Source: Sandaracinaceae bacterium (GTDB lineage: Bacteria; Myxococcota_A; Polyangia; Polyangiales; Sandaracinaceae). Taken from it: a stretch of DNA of 16,104 nucleotides. The position numbers and the translations under genes are program-made. The notes under the pieces are model-generated. The model did not search any database. It was not told the origin of the DNA and saw only the letters and a program-made list of their open reading frames with translations. This document shows positions 7,601 to 15,000 of this stretch, piece by piece. The DNA is taken from contig JBGAQA010000130.1 in the NCBI GenBank assembly GCA_044220955.1, positions 1-16,104 on the forward strand, read 5' to 3'. The stretch's first letter is position 1, and every line of letters begins with the position of its first letter.

Positions 7601-8159
7601 CGCCGCCCATCGCCGCCTTGATGATGACGGGCAGGCCGCTCGTCTCGACGAACGCGCGCGCCTGGTCGAGCGTGCCGACGGCGCCGTCCGTGCCGGGCAC
7701 GGTGGGCACGCCGATCTCGGCGGCGAGCCTGCGCGCGGAGGTCTTGTCGCCGAAGCGACGGAGCACGGCGGCCGAGGGACCGACGAACGCGATGCCCGCA
7801 TCGGCGCACGCCTGCGCGAGCCCGGCGTTCTCGGCGAGGAAGCCGTAGCCAGGGTGGATCGCGTCGACGTTCGCCGCCTTGGCGATCTCGAGGATCTCGT
7901 CGATGCCGAGGTACGCCGCGACCGCGCTCTTGCGCTTGCCGCCTGGGAGCGCGCCCACGAGGTAGGCCTCGTCCGCCTTGTAGCGGTGCAGGTGCACACG
8001 GTCCTCGTGCGAGTAGACGGCGACGGTCGAGAGCCCGAGCTCCGTCGCGGCGCGGAACACGCGGATCGCGATCTCGCCGCGGTTGGCGCAGAGGATCTTC
8101 TCGATGGGATGAGCCTTCGGGGTCGCCGTCACGGGCGCGACGATAGCGCGGTGCGTCAT
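4620..8159 (-). CDS. pyc: Pyruvate carboxylase (single chain)
   Basis: Biotin carboxylase motifs ANRGEIA, GGGGRGM, QRRHQK. Carboxyltransferase motifs RDAHQS, KDMAG, HTHDT. Biotin-lysine AMKM. 1179 aa. Confidence 0.97.
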   Translation of the reverse strand: MTHRAIVAPVTATPKAHPIEKILCANRGEIAIRVFRAATELGLSTVAVYSHEDRVHLHRYKADEAYLVGALPGGKRKSAVAAYLGIDEILEIAKAANVDAIHPGYGFLAENAGLAQACADAGIAFVGPSAAVLRRFGDKTSARRLAAEIGVPTVPGTDGAVGTLDQARAFVETSGLPVIIKAAMGGGGRGMRVVREAGELAESFERCKSEALAAFGDGTVFLERYVERPRHIEVQILADAAGEVMHLFERDCSVQRRHQKVVEMAPAQALDPDVRAALCADAVKLCRAAGYRNAGTVEFLVDRGGRVGAKHYFIEVNPRIQVEHTVTEEVTGIDLVQSQIRIAGGATFAELGLSQDAVAVRGVAIQCRVTTEDPRKSFQPDTGRIEAFRAGEGMGIRLDAGSGYAGAQIAPDYDSLLVKVTARALTFDSAIHKLHRSLAEFRVRGVSTNIPFLENVLRHPDFAAANTYTAWVDATRELFDFPNRKNRAQRILRHLAELAVNGPEVPGMGATTPMPAKITPMPPVIPPQWTQPKAPPPQGFRDILVNLGPAAFAKSVRQHRGLLVTDTTWRDAHQSLLATRVRTLDLEKIAPHTARLMPSLYSLECWGGATFDVALRFLHECPWDRLERLRALVPNVPFQMLFRGANAVGYTSYPDNVVVAFAKMAKDRGVDVFRIFDSLNYVENLKLGIDAVGEAGGVIEAAICYTGDVSDASRTKYSLQYYVDLAGQLSKLGIHVLAVKDMAGLLKPRAATMLVSSLRRAFPDLPIHVHTHDTAGTGVASMLACAEADADAVDLALPAMAGLTSQPTMSAVVTALRGSPRDTSIDPEAIRLLNGYWEEARALYAPFETGMTGYAPDLHEHEMPGGQYTNLLFQAQQNGLGDRWSAIKRAYREANFVLGDIIKVTPSSKTVGDLAQFMVQNDLDAKGVVEKADTLSFPSSVVEFFEGRLGQPHGGFPEPLRTRVLRGKKPITGRPGVELAPLDLGKLKADLIAEHPGVTIHDHDVMSAAMYPDVFREYRTFRSERGDVSRLPTREFLVGLNKGEELMFDIERGKTLVVTLRAIGELDEEGNRRVFFDLNGQPRAITVADKKAKTTVKTRERAKVGDPGSIGAPMPGTVVDVRVKRGAAVKKGEPLCVLSAMKMETVVASPVDGAVSRIAVAKSDVLKAGDLLVEMTLSA

Positions 8160-8193
8160 GCGAGCCAGCGAACGCGAGCGGGTGCGAGAGCGG

Positions 8194-8781
8194 TCAGCCG
8201 GCGACGGCTTGCTTCACCCGATCGACGTCGACCCAGAGATCCTCGACCGCCAGCGTCGCGTCGATCGACCGGAGCGCGAAGCTGCCGGTGCGCCGGACGG
8301 TCATCAGCCACGTGTCGCCGTCGCCCTGGCGCTCGTGGTGCTCGACCAGGCGCGCGGACTCGTCGACGACGACGTACTCGCGCAGCGTCTCGAGCGAGCG
8401 GTAGTGGACGAACTTCCCTCCGCGGTCGTAGTCGGCCGTGGTGGGTGAGAGGACCTCGACGAGCACCGTGGGGTTCACGAACGCGTTCTCGTCACGCGAG
8501 TCCCGGATCGGATCGCCGCAGATCACGCTGGCGTCCGGGTAGTGGTAGGCAGCCGTGCGCGGCGTCGCGATCTTCTGTGCCTCGTTGAGCGCGAGGCAGG
8601 GCTTGCCCCGGAGCGTGCCTCGCAGCGCGGCGTACACGTTCCCGGTCACGACGGCATGTTCAGGGCGTCCCCCCGCCATCGCGAACGCCTCGCCGTTCAC
8701 GTACTCGTGTCGCTCCTCGCTCGCGCGGTCGAGCGCGACGTACTCGTCGATCGTCAACCGCCGGAGGTCGCGCGCTTCCAT
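8194..8781 (-). CDS. Uma2 (DUF820) family endonuclease-like protein
   Basis: EERHEYVNGEAFAMAGG, YPDASVIC, VEVLSPTTADYDRGGKFVHY. Confidence 0.92.
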   Translation of the reverse strand: MEARDLRRLTIDEYVALDRASEERHEYVNGEAFAMAGGRPEHAVVTGNVYAALRGTLRGKPCLALNEAQKIATPRTAAYHYPDASVICGDPIRDSRDENAFVNPTVLVEVLSPTTADYDRGGKFVHYRSLETLREYVVVDESARLVEHHERQGDGDTWLMTVRRTGSFALRSIDATLAVEDLWVDVDRVKQAVAG

Positions 8782-8821
8782 TCCGAGCAGTGTAGCGGAT
8801 CGCCGTGGCTCACGAGAGGCG

Positions 8822-10150
8822 CTACCCCGTCGCGGCTTCTCTCGGCCGCGGCGCCGCCAGCCGCCAGCTCGTGGCGAGCGAGCCGCCGAGCAGCGCGAAG
8901 CCGAGGCCGATGGCCCAGACGCCGTACTCCGCGGCGCCGCGCGGCACGTGGAGCCACCCGATGGTGATCGCGACGTGCGCGCCGAGCGCGGCGGCGGGCG
9001 CGAGCGCGTACGGGCGGCGGGCGCGCCAGGACATCGCCGCGAGCACGACGACGAGCACGAGGTCGAGCCACACGACGTGCGTGCGCCAGAGACCTCCGGT
9101 CGTGAGAACGGTCCACGCGGAGAGGTGCGCGCTCGCGAGCGCGCCGGCGAAGAGGCGCTCGCGGGCGGCGCGCTCTGCGAAGACGAACACCGTCTCGGGC
9201 ATCTCTCGGTTCGTCTCCGGCGTCGGATCCTCCGGCGGCGCGCCGCGGTAGGGCGCGGGGGTGCCGGCGCTCTCGGGCGTGGGGGTGGGCAAGCACATGG
9301 GCACGCGGAGGGCGCGGAGCGTCAGGACCAGCGCGACCAGCGCCGCGCTGACCCAGAAGGACTGCGGGAGGATCAGCGCGGTGAGCGCGAGCGTCGCGAG
9401 CGAGGTGATCCACACGGTGCGCTCCCGGCGCGCCCAGCGCGTCGTCAGCAGCAATGCGCCGGGCGCCAGCGCGAGAAGGTCCACGTGCATCGCGACGCTC
9501 GTGTAGACGACGTGCGCGAGCGCGAGGCCGGCCCACATCAGCCAGGTGCCGCGGATCGCCCGCCGCCCGCGGTAGTCGTAGCCGGCCGCGCTCTCGATCG
9601 CGCGCTCCGTCCAGAGCCCGAGCGCGCCGAGACCGAAGACGAAGAGCGCGACGAGCCACGATCGCGCGTCCGTCGGGAGATCGCGCAGCGCGTGCGGCAA
9701 GAGCGAGAGGCCGAGCGCTCCGATCGAGGGCACGGCGAGCGCCGACCGAGACGGGGTGAGCTCGAGGGCGCGGGCGAGCAGGCGCAGCTTCACGTGGAAG
9801 AGAGCGGCCCAGCCGAGCGCGAGCGCCCAGCCGAGACCGCCGAGGTACGCGCAGGTCTCGACGTGCAGGGTGAGGTCGCACTGATAGAGCGCCGCGAGCA
9901 GCCCGACCATCACCGCGACCCGCCGCTGGCCGAGCCGGACGAGCAGCGCGGCGCCGCCGATGAGCGCGAGCGCGTAGGTCTCGGCGACGGCGGTCACCGC
10001 GAGCCCGGCGAGCGCGCCCTCGTCGGCGAGGTCGCACGAGACCAGCGTGAGCCCGGCGAGCACCAGTGCGGCGCTGAAGAGGTACGTCGGGTTGTACTCG
10101 ACGAACCAGCGATGGAGGAGCGCGCGGACCGGGAAGGGCGGGGTGTCCAT
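8822..10150 (-). CDS. Polytopic membrane protein of unknown function
   Basis: Many Leu/Ala-rich TM segments, N-terminal WFVEYNPTYLFSA, and a Pro-rich internal loop with PYR. Confidence 0.8.
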   Translation of the reverse strand: MDTPPFPVRALLHRWFVEYNPTYLFSAALVLAGLTLVSCDLADEGALAGLAVTAVAETYALALIGGAALLVRLGQRRVAVMVGLLAALYQCDLTLHVETCAYLGGLGWALALGWAALFHVKLRLLARALELTPSRSALAVPSIGALGLSLLPHALRDLPTDARSWLVALFVFGLGALGLWTERAIESAAGYDYRGRRAIRGTWLMWAGLALAHVVYTSVAMHVDLLALAPGALLLTTRWARRERTVWITSLATLALTALILPQSFWVSAALVALVLTLRALRVPMCLPTPTPESAGTPAPYRGAPPEDPTPETNREMPETVFVFAERAARERLFAGALASAHLSAWTVLTTGGLWRTHVVWLDLVLVVVLAAMSWRARRPYALAPAAALGAHVAITIGWLHVPRGAAEYGVWAIGLGFALLGGSLATSWRLAAPRPREAATG

Positions 10151-10261
10151 GCGAGAACGACGAGCACGGACGATGCCAGCGCGGAATTCGCGACGCAGCG
10201 GGCGCCGACGAGCCGAGCCAGCGACAAAACGGCGAACGGTCGCCGCGACGGCGACGGTGTG

Positions 10262-10387
10262 GCGAGAGCGAGAGCTAGAGTGGGGGCGAGGGCGAGGGCG
10301 AGGGCGAGGGCGAGAGCGAGAGCGAGAGCGAGAGCGAGAGCGAGAGCGAGAGCGAGAGCGAGAGCGAGAGCGAGAGCGAGAGCGAGG
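10262..10387. repeat. Hexanucleotide microsatellite, mainly (GCGAGA/GCGAGG)n, 21 units
   Basis: 2x GCGAGA, GCTAGA, GTGGGG, 4x GCGAGG, 12 perfect GCGAGA (10310-10381), then GCGAGG. Confidence 0.97.
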
Positions 10388-10401
10388 TATCCTCGCTCGC
10401 C

Positions 10402-10887
10402 GTGCCCGACCCCGTGATCCGCCCGATCGAGCCCCGCGATGACGCCGCCGTCGCCGCGATCATCCGCGCCGTGATGACCCGCTTCGGCGCCAGCGGGCCG
10501 GGCTTCGCGATCCACGACCCCGAGGTCGCCGCGATGAGCGCAGCCTACGCTCGTCCGCGCGCCGCGTACTTCGTCGTCGAGAAGGACGGTGCGGTGGTCG
10601 GCGGCGGCGGCGTCGCACCCCTCGACGGCGGCGACGCCCACACGTGCGAGCTGCGCAAGATGTACTTCCTCCCGGAGGCGCGAGGGCTCGGGCTCGGGCG
10701 CGCCGTGCTCGAGCGCTGCCTCGACTCCGCGCGCGCGTTCGGCTACCGGCGCTGCTACCTCGAGACGCTCACGGGGATGGACGCTGCGCAGGCTCTCTAC
10801 GCGAAGATGGGCTTCGAGCGTGTCTCCGGGCCGCGCGGCTGCACCGGCCACACCGGCTGCGACCGCTTCTTCGAGCGCCTCCTCTGA
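10402..10887 (+). CDS. GNAT family N-acetyltransferase (YjgM-like)
   Basis: CELRKMYFLPEARGLGLG acetyl-CoA motif, YLETLTGMDAAQALY, and GHTGCD C-terminus. Confidence 0.9.
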   Translation: MPDPVIRPIEPRDDAAVAAIIRAVMTRFGASGPGFAIHDPEVAAMSAAYARPRAAYFVVEKDGAVVGGGGVAPLDGGDAHTCELRKMYFLPEARGLGLGRAVLERCLDSARAFGYRRCYLETLTGMDAAQALYAKMGFERVSGPRGCTGHTGCDRFFERLL

Positions 10888-10931
10888 CGCCTCGCGTCGA
10901 CGGCCGGCGCGAAACATGAGACACAGCGCCG

Positions 10932-11537
10932 ATGAACGGGAACAACACCGGGCCCAAGGTCGCGATCGGGTGCGGCGGCATCCTGCTCTTCTTCGCCTTC
11001 TGCGCCGCGGCGTTCGGTGCGTTCCACGTCTTCGTCGACCCACACGGGCACATCAGCGCCGACGAGGCGATGCCGGCGTTGATCGGGGGCGTGCTCTGCA
11101 TGCTCGTCGACTTCCTGATCATCGTCGCCGGTATCGCGCTGCTCATGCGCGGCGGGTCCGGTGCGGCGCAGGGTGCCGTGGCGTCCGGCGGCGGAGGCGG
11201 CGCTGTCCAGGGACCCGGCGCGCCCGCCGCTCAGGGCGGGGCGCCCTGGCACTTCGCGACCGGCTGCGGAGCGCTCTTCTTCCTCGTCACCTCATGCCTC
11301 TCGCTCTCCGGTGCCGTGTACTCGTACTCGGAGGTCGAGCGCTGGGAGAGCATGCGCAGCTCCGACATCGCGGCGGGCGAGGATCCACTCATCCTGATGA
11401 TCGACGACCACGCCGTCGAGGAGAACACCGAGTACACCGGCGCGGGGGCCTGCTGCTGCGGGCTCTCGTTCCTGCTGCTGCTCGCTTGCGCGGGCGGCAC
11501 CGCCGTCCTGGTCCGGCGCCGCGGCTCGAGCAGCTGA
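10932..11537 (+). CDS. Hypothetical 4-TM membrane protein with internal duplication
   Basis: Four hydrophobic helices in two similar modules joined by a Gly-rich linker. Confidence 0.75.
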   Translation: MNGNNTGPKVAIGCGGILLFFAFCAAAFGAFHVFVDPHGHISADEAMPALIGGVLCMLVDFLIIVAGIALLMRGGSGAAQGAVASGGGGGAVQGPGAPAAQGGAPWHFATGCGALFFLVTSCLSLSGAVYSYSEVERWESMRSSDIAAGEDPLILMIDDHAVEENTEYTGAGACCCGLSFLLLLACAGGTAVLVRRRGSSS

Positions 11538-11608
11538 CCCCCCTCGGGCGCGCGGGATCGATCCCCGGTGCCAGGTCCGCGGCGCTGCGCACCGGTCGCG
11601 CGCCCGGC

Positions 11609-12397
11609 TCAGCCGGCGAGGAGCGCGCGCAGCTCGTCGTGGATCACGCCGTTCGTGGCGAGCCCGCTGCCCCCGTGGATCGTCTCCTCGCCCGACAGGC
11701 TCGTGAGCCGTCCTCCGGCCTCGCGCACGAGCACGGCGGGAGCGCACAGGTCCCAGGGCTTCACGCCGGGGTCCACCATCGCGTCCACGCGCCCGCGCAG
11801 CAGGTTGCGGTAGCCGTCGAAGTCGGAGAGCCCGCGCGCGCTCGTCTTCTCCGCCAGCCTCGGGAGCAGGTGCGCGAGCCCGCTCTCCGTGAACTGCGCG
11901 ATCACGCCGTGCGTGATGGTCGCGTCCGCGAGCGTGGCGACGCGCGACACGCGGCAGGGCCGTCCGTCCGCGTACGCGCCACCGCCGCGGAAGCCGACGA
12001 AGAGCTCGCGTGCCGCCGGCATGTACGCGACGCCGAGCGCCGGGGCTCCATCGGCCTCCAGGCCGAGCAGCACGCTCCACGTGTCGAGCCCGCGCACGAA
12101 CGCGCGCGTGCCGTCGATCGGATCGAGCACGAAGCGCAGCGTGGAGGTCGGGCCGCTGGCGCCGGTCTCCTCGCCGAGGAAGCCGGCGCTCGCGTGCTCG
12201 CGCGCGAGGAACGCGCGGAGCCGATCCTCGACCATCTTGTCGGCGAGCGTCACCGGCGTCCGGTCGGGCTTGGTCTCGACGTGCGCCTGGCCGCGCTCGA
12301 ACATGCGGCGCGCCTCGTCGCCGGCCTCGACGACGGTGTCGACCAGCGCGTCGAGCGCGCGGCGCCCGCCGATGCGATCCAGATCGAACGCACTCAT
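11609..12397 (-). CDS. hisN: Inositol monophosphatase family, histidinol-phosphate phosphatase (HisN)-like
   Basis: TKPDRTPVTLAD, GEE, DPIDGTRAF and KPWDLCA motifs. ATG at 12397 overlaps the upstream stop. Family assignment is firm, HisN specificity is probable. Confidence 0.75.
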   Translation of the reverse strand: MSAFDLDRIGGRRALDALVDTVVEAGDEARRMFERGQAHVETKPDRTPVTLADKMVEDRLRAFLAREHASAGFLGEETGASGPTSTLRFVLDPIDGTRAFVRGLDTWSVLLGLEADGAPALGVAYMPAARELFVGFRGGGAYADGRPCRVSRVATLADATITHGVIAQFTESGLAHLLPRLAEKTSARGLSDFDGYRNLLRGRVDAMVDPGVKPWDLCAPAVLVREAGGRLTSLSGEETIHGGSGLATNGVIHDELRALLAG

Positions 12398-13284
12398 TCC
12401 GAGCGAGAGGATCGACGCGCGCGACCGGCCGTGTCCAGCGCCTCGTCGGGGTGCGGCGCGAGGGGGGCCTCGGCTGGGCGATCGGCGTCGGTGACCGGAC
12501 GTGGCGGAGGCACCGCGCCGTGCTCGGCGGCGCGCGCGCCGAGGCGCTCGATGTAGGGCGGGCCTCCGTCGAAGAGCGCCGCGGGATCGATCGCATGGCC
12601 GCGGTCCCAGAGCTCGAAGTGCACGTGCGGGCCGTGCGCGATGCCGGTCGAGCCGACGAGCGCGATGCGCTCGCCGCGCCGGACTCGGTAGCCGGCCTGG
12701 ACCGTCGTGCGCGAGTTGTGTGCGTAGAGGGTCATCCAGCCGTTGCGGTGCACGATCAGGACGACGTTGCCGTAGCCGTGCAGGCCGTTGTCGGAGTACG
12801 CCACGATGCCGTCGGCTGCGGCACGAACCGTCGCGCCCGTCTCGCCGGCGATGTCGGCGCCGCGGTGGATCAGGTCGGGCCTCGTACGGCGAACGTAGCC
12901 GAAGCCGCGCACCCAGCGTCCGTCGTCGACGGGCCAGAGCAGACGGGAGGGAGTGCGGCCTCGCGCGGCGGCGACCCAGCGCGGGTCGGGCGCGCCGCGG
13001 AGCAGCGCATGCGCGCACGCGATCGTGCCGAGCCCGAGCGCGGTGGCCCGGGCGAGCGATGCGCCGCGCGCGGTCGCGACCCGGCGGGGGCCGTCGGACC
13101 AGCGAAAGACGTGGGCCGGACGCTCCTCCTCGCCCTCGTCCTCCTCCTCGCCCTCGCCCTCGGGCGTGCTCTCGCTCCCGCCGACGATGCTCGTGGGCGC
13201 CCCCTCCGTCGGGTCGGGCGTCGCTCTCGCCCGGGCTCCTGCCAGGCCGAAGAGCACGACTGCGAGGAACGCGACGCGGCGCAT
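12394..13284 (-). CDS. M23 family metallopeptidase with signal peptide
   Basis: HRGAD (HxxxD) and HVH (HxH) zinc motifs, TLYAHN, signal peptide MRRVAFLAVVLFG. Confidence 0.9.
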   Translation of the reverse strand: MRRVAFLAVVLFGLAGARARATPDPTEGAPTSIVGGSESTPEGEGEEEDEGEEERPAHVFRWSDGPRRVATARGASLARATALGLGTIACAHALLRGAPDPRWVAAARGRTPSRLLWPVDDGRWVRGFGYVRRTRPDLIHRGADIAGETGATVRAAADGIVAYSDNGLHGYGNVVLIVHRNGWMTLYAHNSRTTVQAGYRVRRGERIALVGSTGIAHGPHVHFELWDRGHAIDPAALFDGGPPYIERLGARAAEHGAVPPPRPVTDADRPAEAPLAPHPDEALDTAGRARRSSRSE

Positions 13285-13371
13285 GCCCGACTCGAACACC
13301 CTGCCGTGCGGCGGGGTCAAGAAACTCGCCCGCTCGCATTCCGCGCGGCCCGTGGTACCAGGGCGCCCGCG

Positions 13372-14268
13372 ATGGATCTCTCCCTCGTCCAGGCCAACAC
13401 CTACGAGCTCCCCACCTCGCGACGCGTCGGCGTCATCGTCCACGATGGCACCACCGACCTGCGCCTCTGGCCAGGCCCCGGCCCGGATCGCGAACTGCTC
13501 CAGGCCTACGGCCCGGACCTGCCGCGCGTGCTCGACACGGAGCGCACCCGCGCCGGCGGGGCGATCGCCGAGGGAGCGCTGCTGCGGATGATCCCGGGGC
13601 GCCTCCACTGCGACTTCATGCTCTGGGTCGCCACGCGGCCGCCCGAGGATCGCGGCACGCAGGCGCCGGCGCCCTCGCGCGAGGCGATCGAGCGCGCCGT
13701 CACGGCCGCCCTCGAGTACGTGCGCGAGCGCAACGTCATCCGCATCGCCTTCCCGGCGCTGGGCGCCGGCCCCGGCCAGCTCGACGACGCCGAGCGTCTC
13801 GCGATCATCGCCCGCGCGTGTACCAAGCACTACGAGGCCAACCTCGCGAGCGGGCGCAGCACGACGGTCGAGGAGGTGGTCCTCTCCGATCCGCGCCTCT
13901 CGGTCGTGACCACGGCGCGCCGCATGGTCGGCCAGATCGCCAAGCTCGCCGTCGAGGCGCCGGCGCGTGTGCCGCCGGGCTCGCCTCCGCCCCGCGGCGT
14001 CGCGGGCAGCGGCTCGCGCGCCAAGGCGAGCGGCGAGCGTTCTCCCTCGGCCGCCAGGCGCGGCCAGCCGCGCCTCGATCCCGGCGAAGTCCAGCGCGCG
14101 CGCGCAGTCGCTCGCCCCTGGGATCGCGCCGTCCGCTACCGCGAGACCGACTTCTTCATCCACGCGAAATTCGGCGTCGGGAAGGTCGTTCAGGTCACGC
14201 CGGACGGCTTCATCGTCTGCCTCTTCGAGGACGGCGAGACCCGCAAGCTCATCCACGCGCGGCCCTGA
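13372..14268 (+). CDS. Degenerate macrodomain fused to C-terminal PcrA/UvrD-Tudor-like domain
   Basis: IAFPALGAGPG matches the macro SIAFPAIGTG motif. A Pro/Ser/Arg linker leads to C-terminal IHAKFGVGKV...CLFEDGETRKL. Confidence 0.7.
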   Translation: MDLSLVQANTYELPTSRRVGVIVHDGTTDLRLWPGPGPDRELLQAYGPDLPRVLDTERTRAGGAIAEGALLRMIPGRLHCDFMLWVATRPPEDRGTQAPAPSREAIERAVTAALEYVRERNVIRIAFPALGAGPGQLDDAERLAIIARACTKHYEANLASGRSTTVEEVVLSDPRLSVVTTARRMVGQIAKLAVEAPARVPPGSPPPRGVAGSGSRAKASGERSPSAARRGQPRLDPGEVQRARAVARPWDRAVRYRETDFFIHAKFGVGKVVQVTPDGFIVCLFEDGETRKLIHARP

Positions 14269-14272
14269 CGCG

Positions 14273-14875
14273 ATGCGCCTCGAGATCAACGCCGAGCACC
14301 CCGAGCCGCGCAAGATCGCCAAGGCGATCGAGATCCTCAAGGACGACGGCGTCATCGCGTACCCGACCGACACCGTGTACGGGCTCGGCTGTGACTTCAC
14401 GAGCAAGAAGGCGGTCGAGCGCATCTACCGCATGAAGGCGATGAAGCCCGATCAGCCGCTCGCGTTCATCTGCGCGGACCTCGGCGAGATCGCGAAGTAC
14501 GGCGTGGTGTCGAACCACACGTACCGCACCATGCGCCGCCTCACTCCGGGTCCCTACTGCTTCATCCTCGAGGCGACGCGCGAGGCGCCGCGCATGCTCC
14601 ACATCGGCAAGCGCAAGACCGTCGGCATCCGCGTCCCGCACCACGAGGTCGCGCTCGCGCTCGTGCGGGCGCTGGGAAAGCCGATCGTGTCCAGCACCTG
14701 TTCGAAGGAAGGCGAGACGCTCAACGATCCGGCCGACATCGACGAGGCGTACCCGGGCGTCGACCTCATCCTCGACGCCGGCTACGGCGGTCTCGTGCCG
14801 AGCACGATCCTCGACGTGAGCGGCCCCGACATCGTCGTCGTGCGCGAGGGCGCCGGCCCGGTGGACACGCTCTGA
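14273..14875 (+). CDS. Sua5/YciO/YrdC family L-threonylcarbamoyladenylate synthase-like protein
   Basis: IAYPTDTVYGLGC, PGPYCFIL, KRKTVGIRVP and PSTILD motifs. YciO-like N-terminus. Confidence 0.92.
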   Translation: MRLEINAEHPEPRKIAKAIEILKDDGVIAYPTDTVYGLGCDFTSKKAVERIYRMKAMKPDQPLAFICADLGEIAKYGVVSNHTYRTMRRLTPGPYCFILEATREAPRMLHIGKRKTVGIRVPHHEVALALVRALGKPIVSSTCSKEGETLNDPADIDEAYPGVDLILDAGYGGLVPSTILDVSGPDIVVVREGAGPVDTL

Positions 14876-14903
14876 GCGCTGCGATAGACAACCGGTCCAG
14901 CAA

Positions 14904-14977
14904 GGATCCTTAGCTCAGCTGGATAGAGCGACGGCCTCCGGAGCCGTAGGTCGTGGGTTCGAATCCCCCAGGATCCG
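14904..14977 (+). tRNA. tRNA-Arg(CCG)
   Basis: Acceptor GGATCCT/AGGATCC, D arm GCTC/GAGC, anticodon stem ACGGC/GCCGT with loop CTCCGGA, T loop TTCGAAT. CCA is not encoded. Confidence 0.95.
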
Positions 14978-15000
14978 TCAGAGGCCCGTCGAGGCCGCCT

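Noticed and set aside
3577..8588. Very long alternative-frame ORFs (1161, 738, 577 aa) over pyc and corA
   Set aside because: Arg/Ala/Gly-rich shadow ORFs expected in high-GC DNA. The pyc and corA frames carry all the conserved motifs.
10262..10387. Possible CRISPR array
   Set aside because: Contiguous 6-mer tandem repeat with no spacers and no cas genes.
10047..10463. Poly-(RE), poly-(LA), poly-(LS) and poly-(RA) dipeptide-repeat ORFs
   Set aside because: Translations of the hexamer microsatellite with no independent coding evidence.
11609..14875. Long ORF-track versions of the HisN, M23, macrodomain and YciO genes (576, 676, 752, 302 aa)
   Set aside because: The upstream extensions overlap real genes. 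Starts were reassigned to 12397, 13284, 13372 and 14273.
14904..14977. tRNA as the integration site of a genomic island
   Set aside because: No integrase and no duplicated tRNA 3' end seen in the window. The flanking genes are housekeeping.
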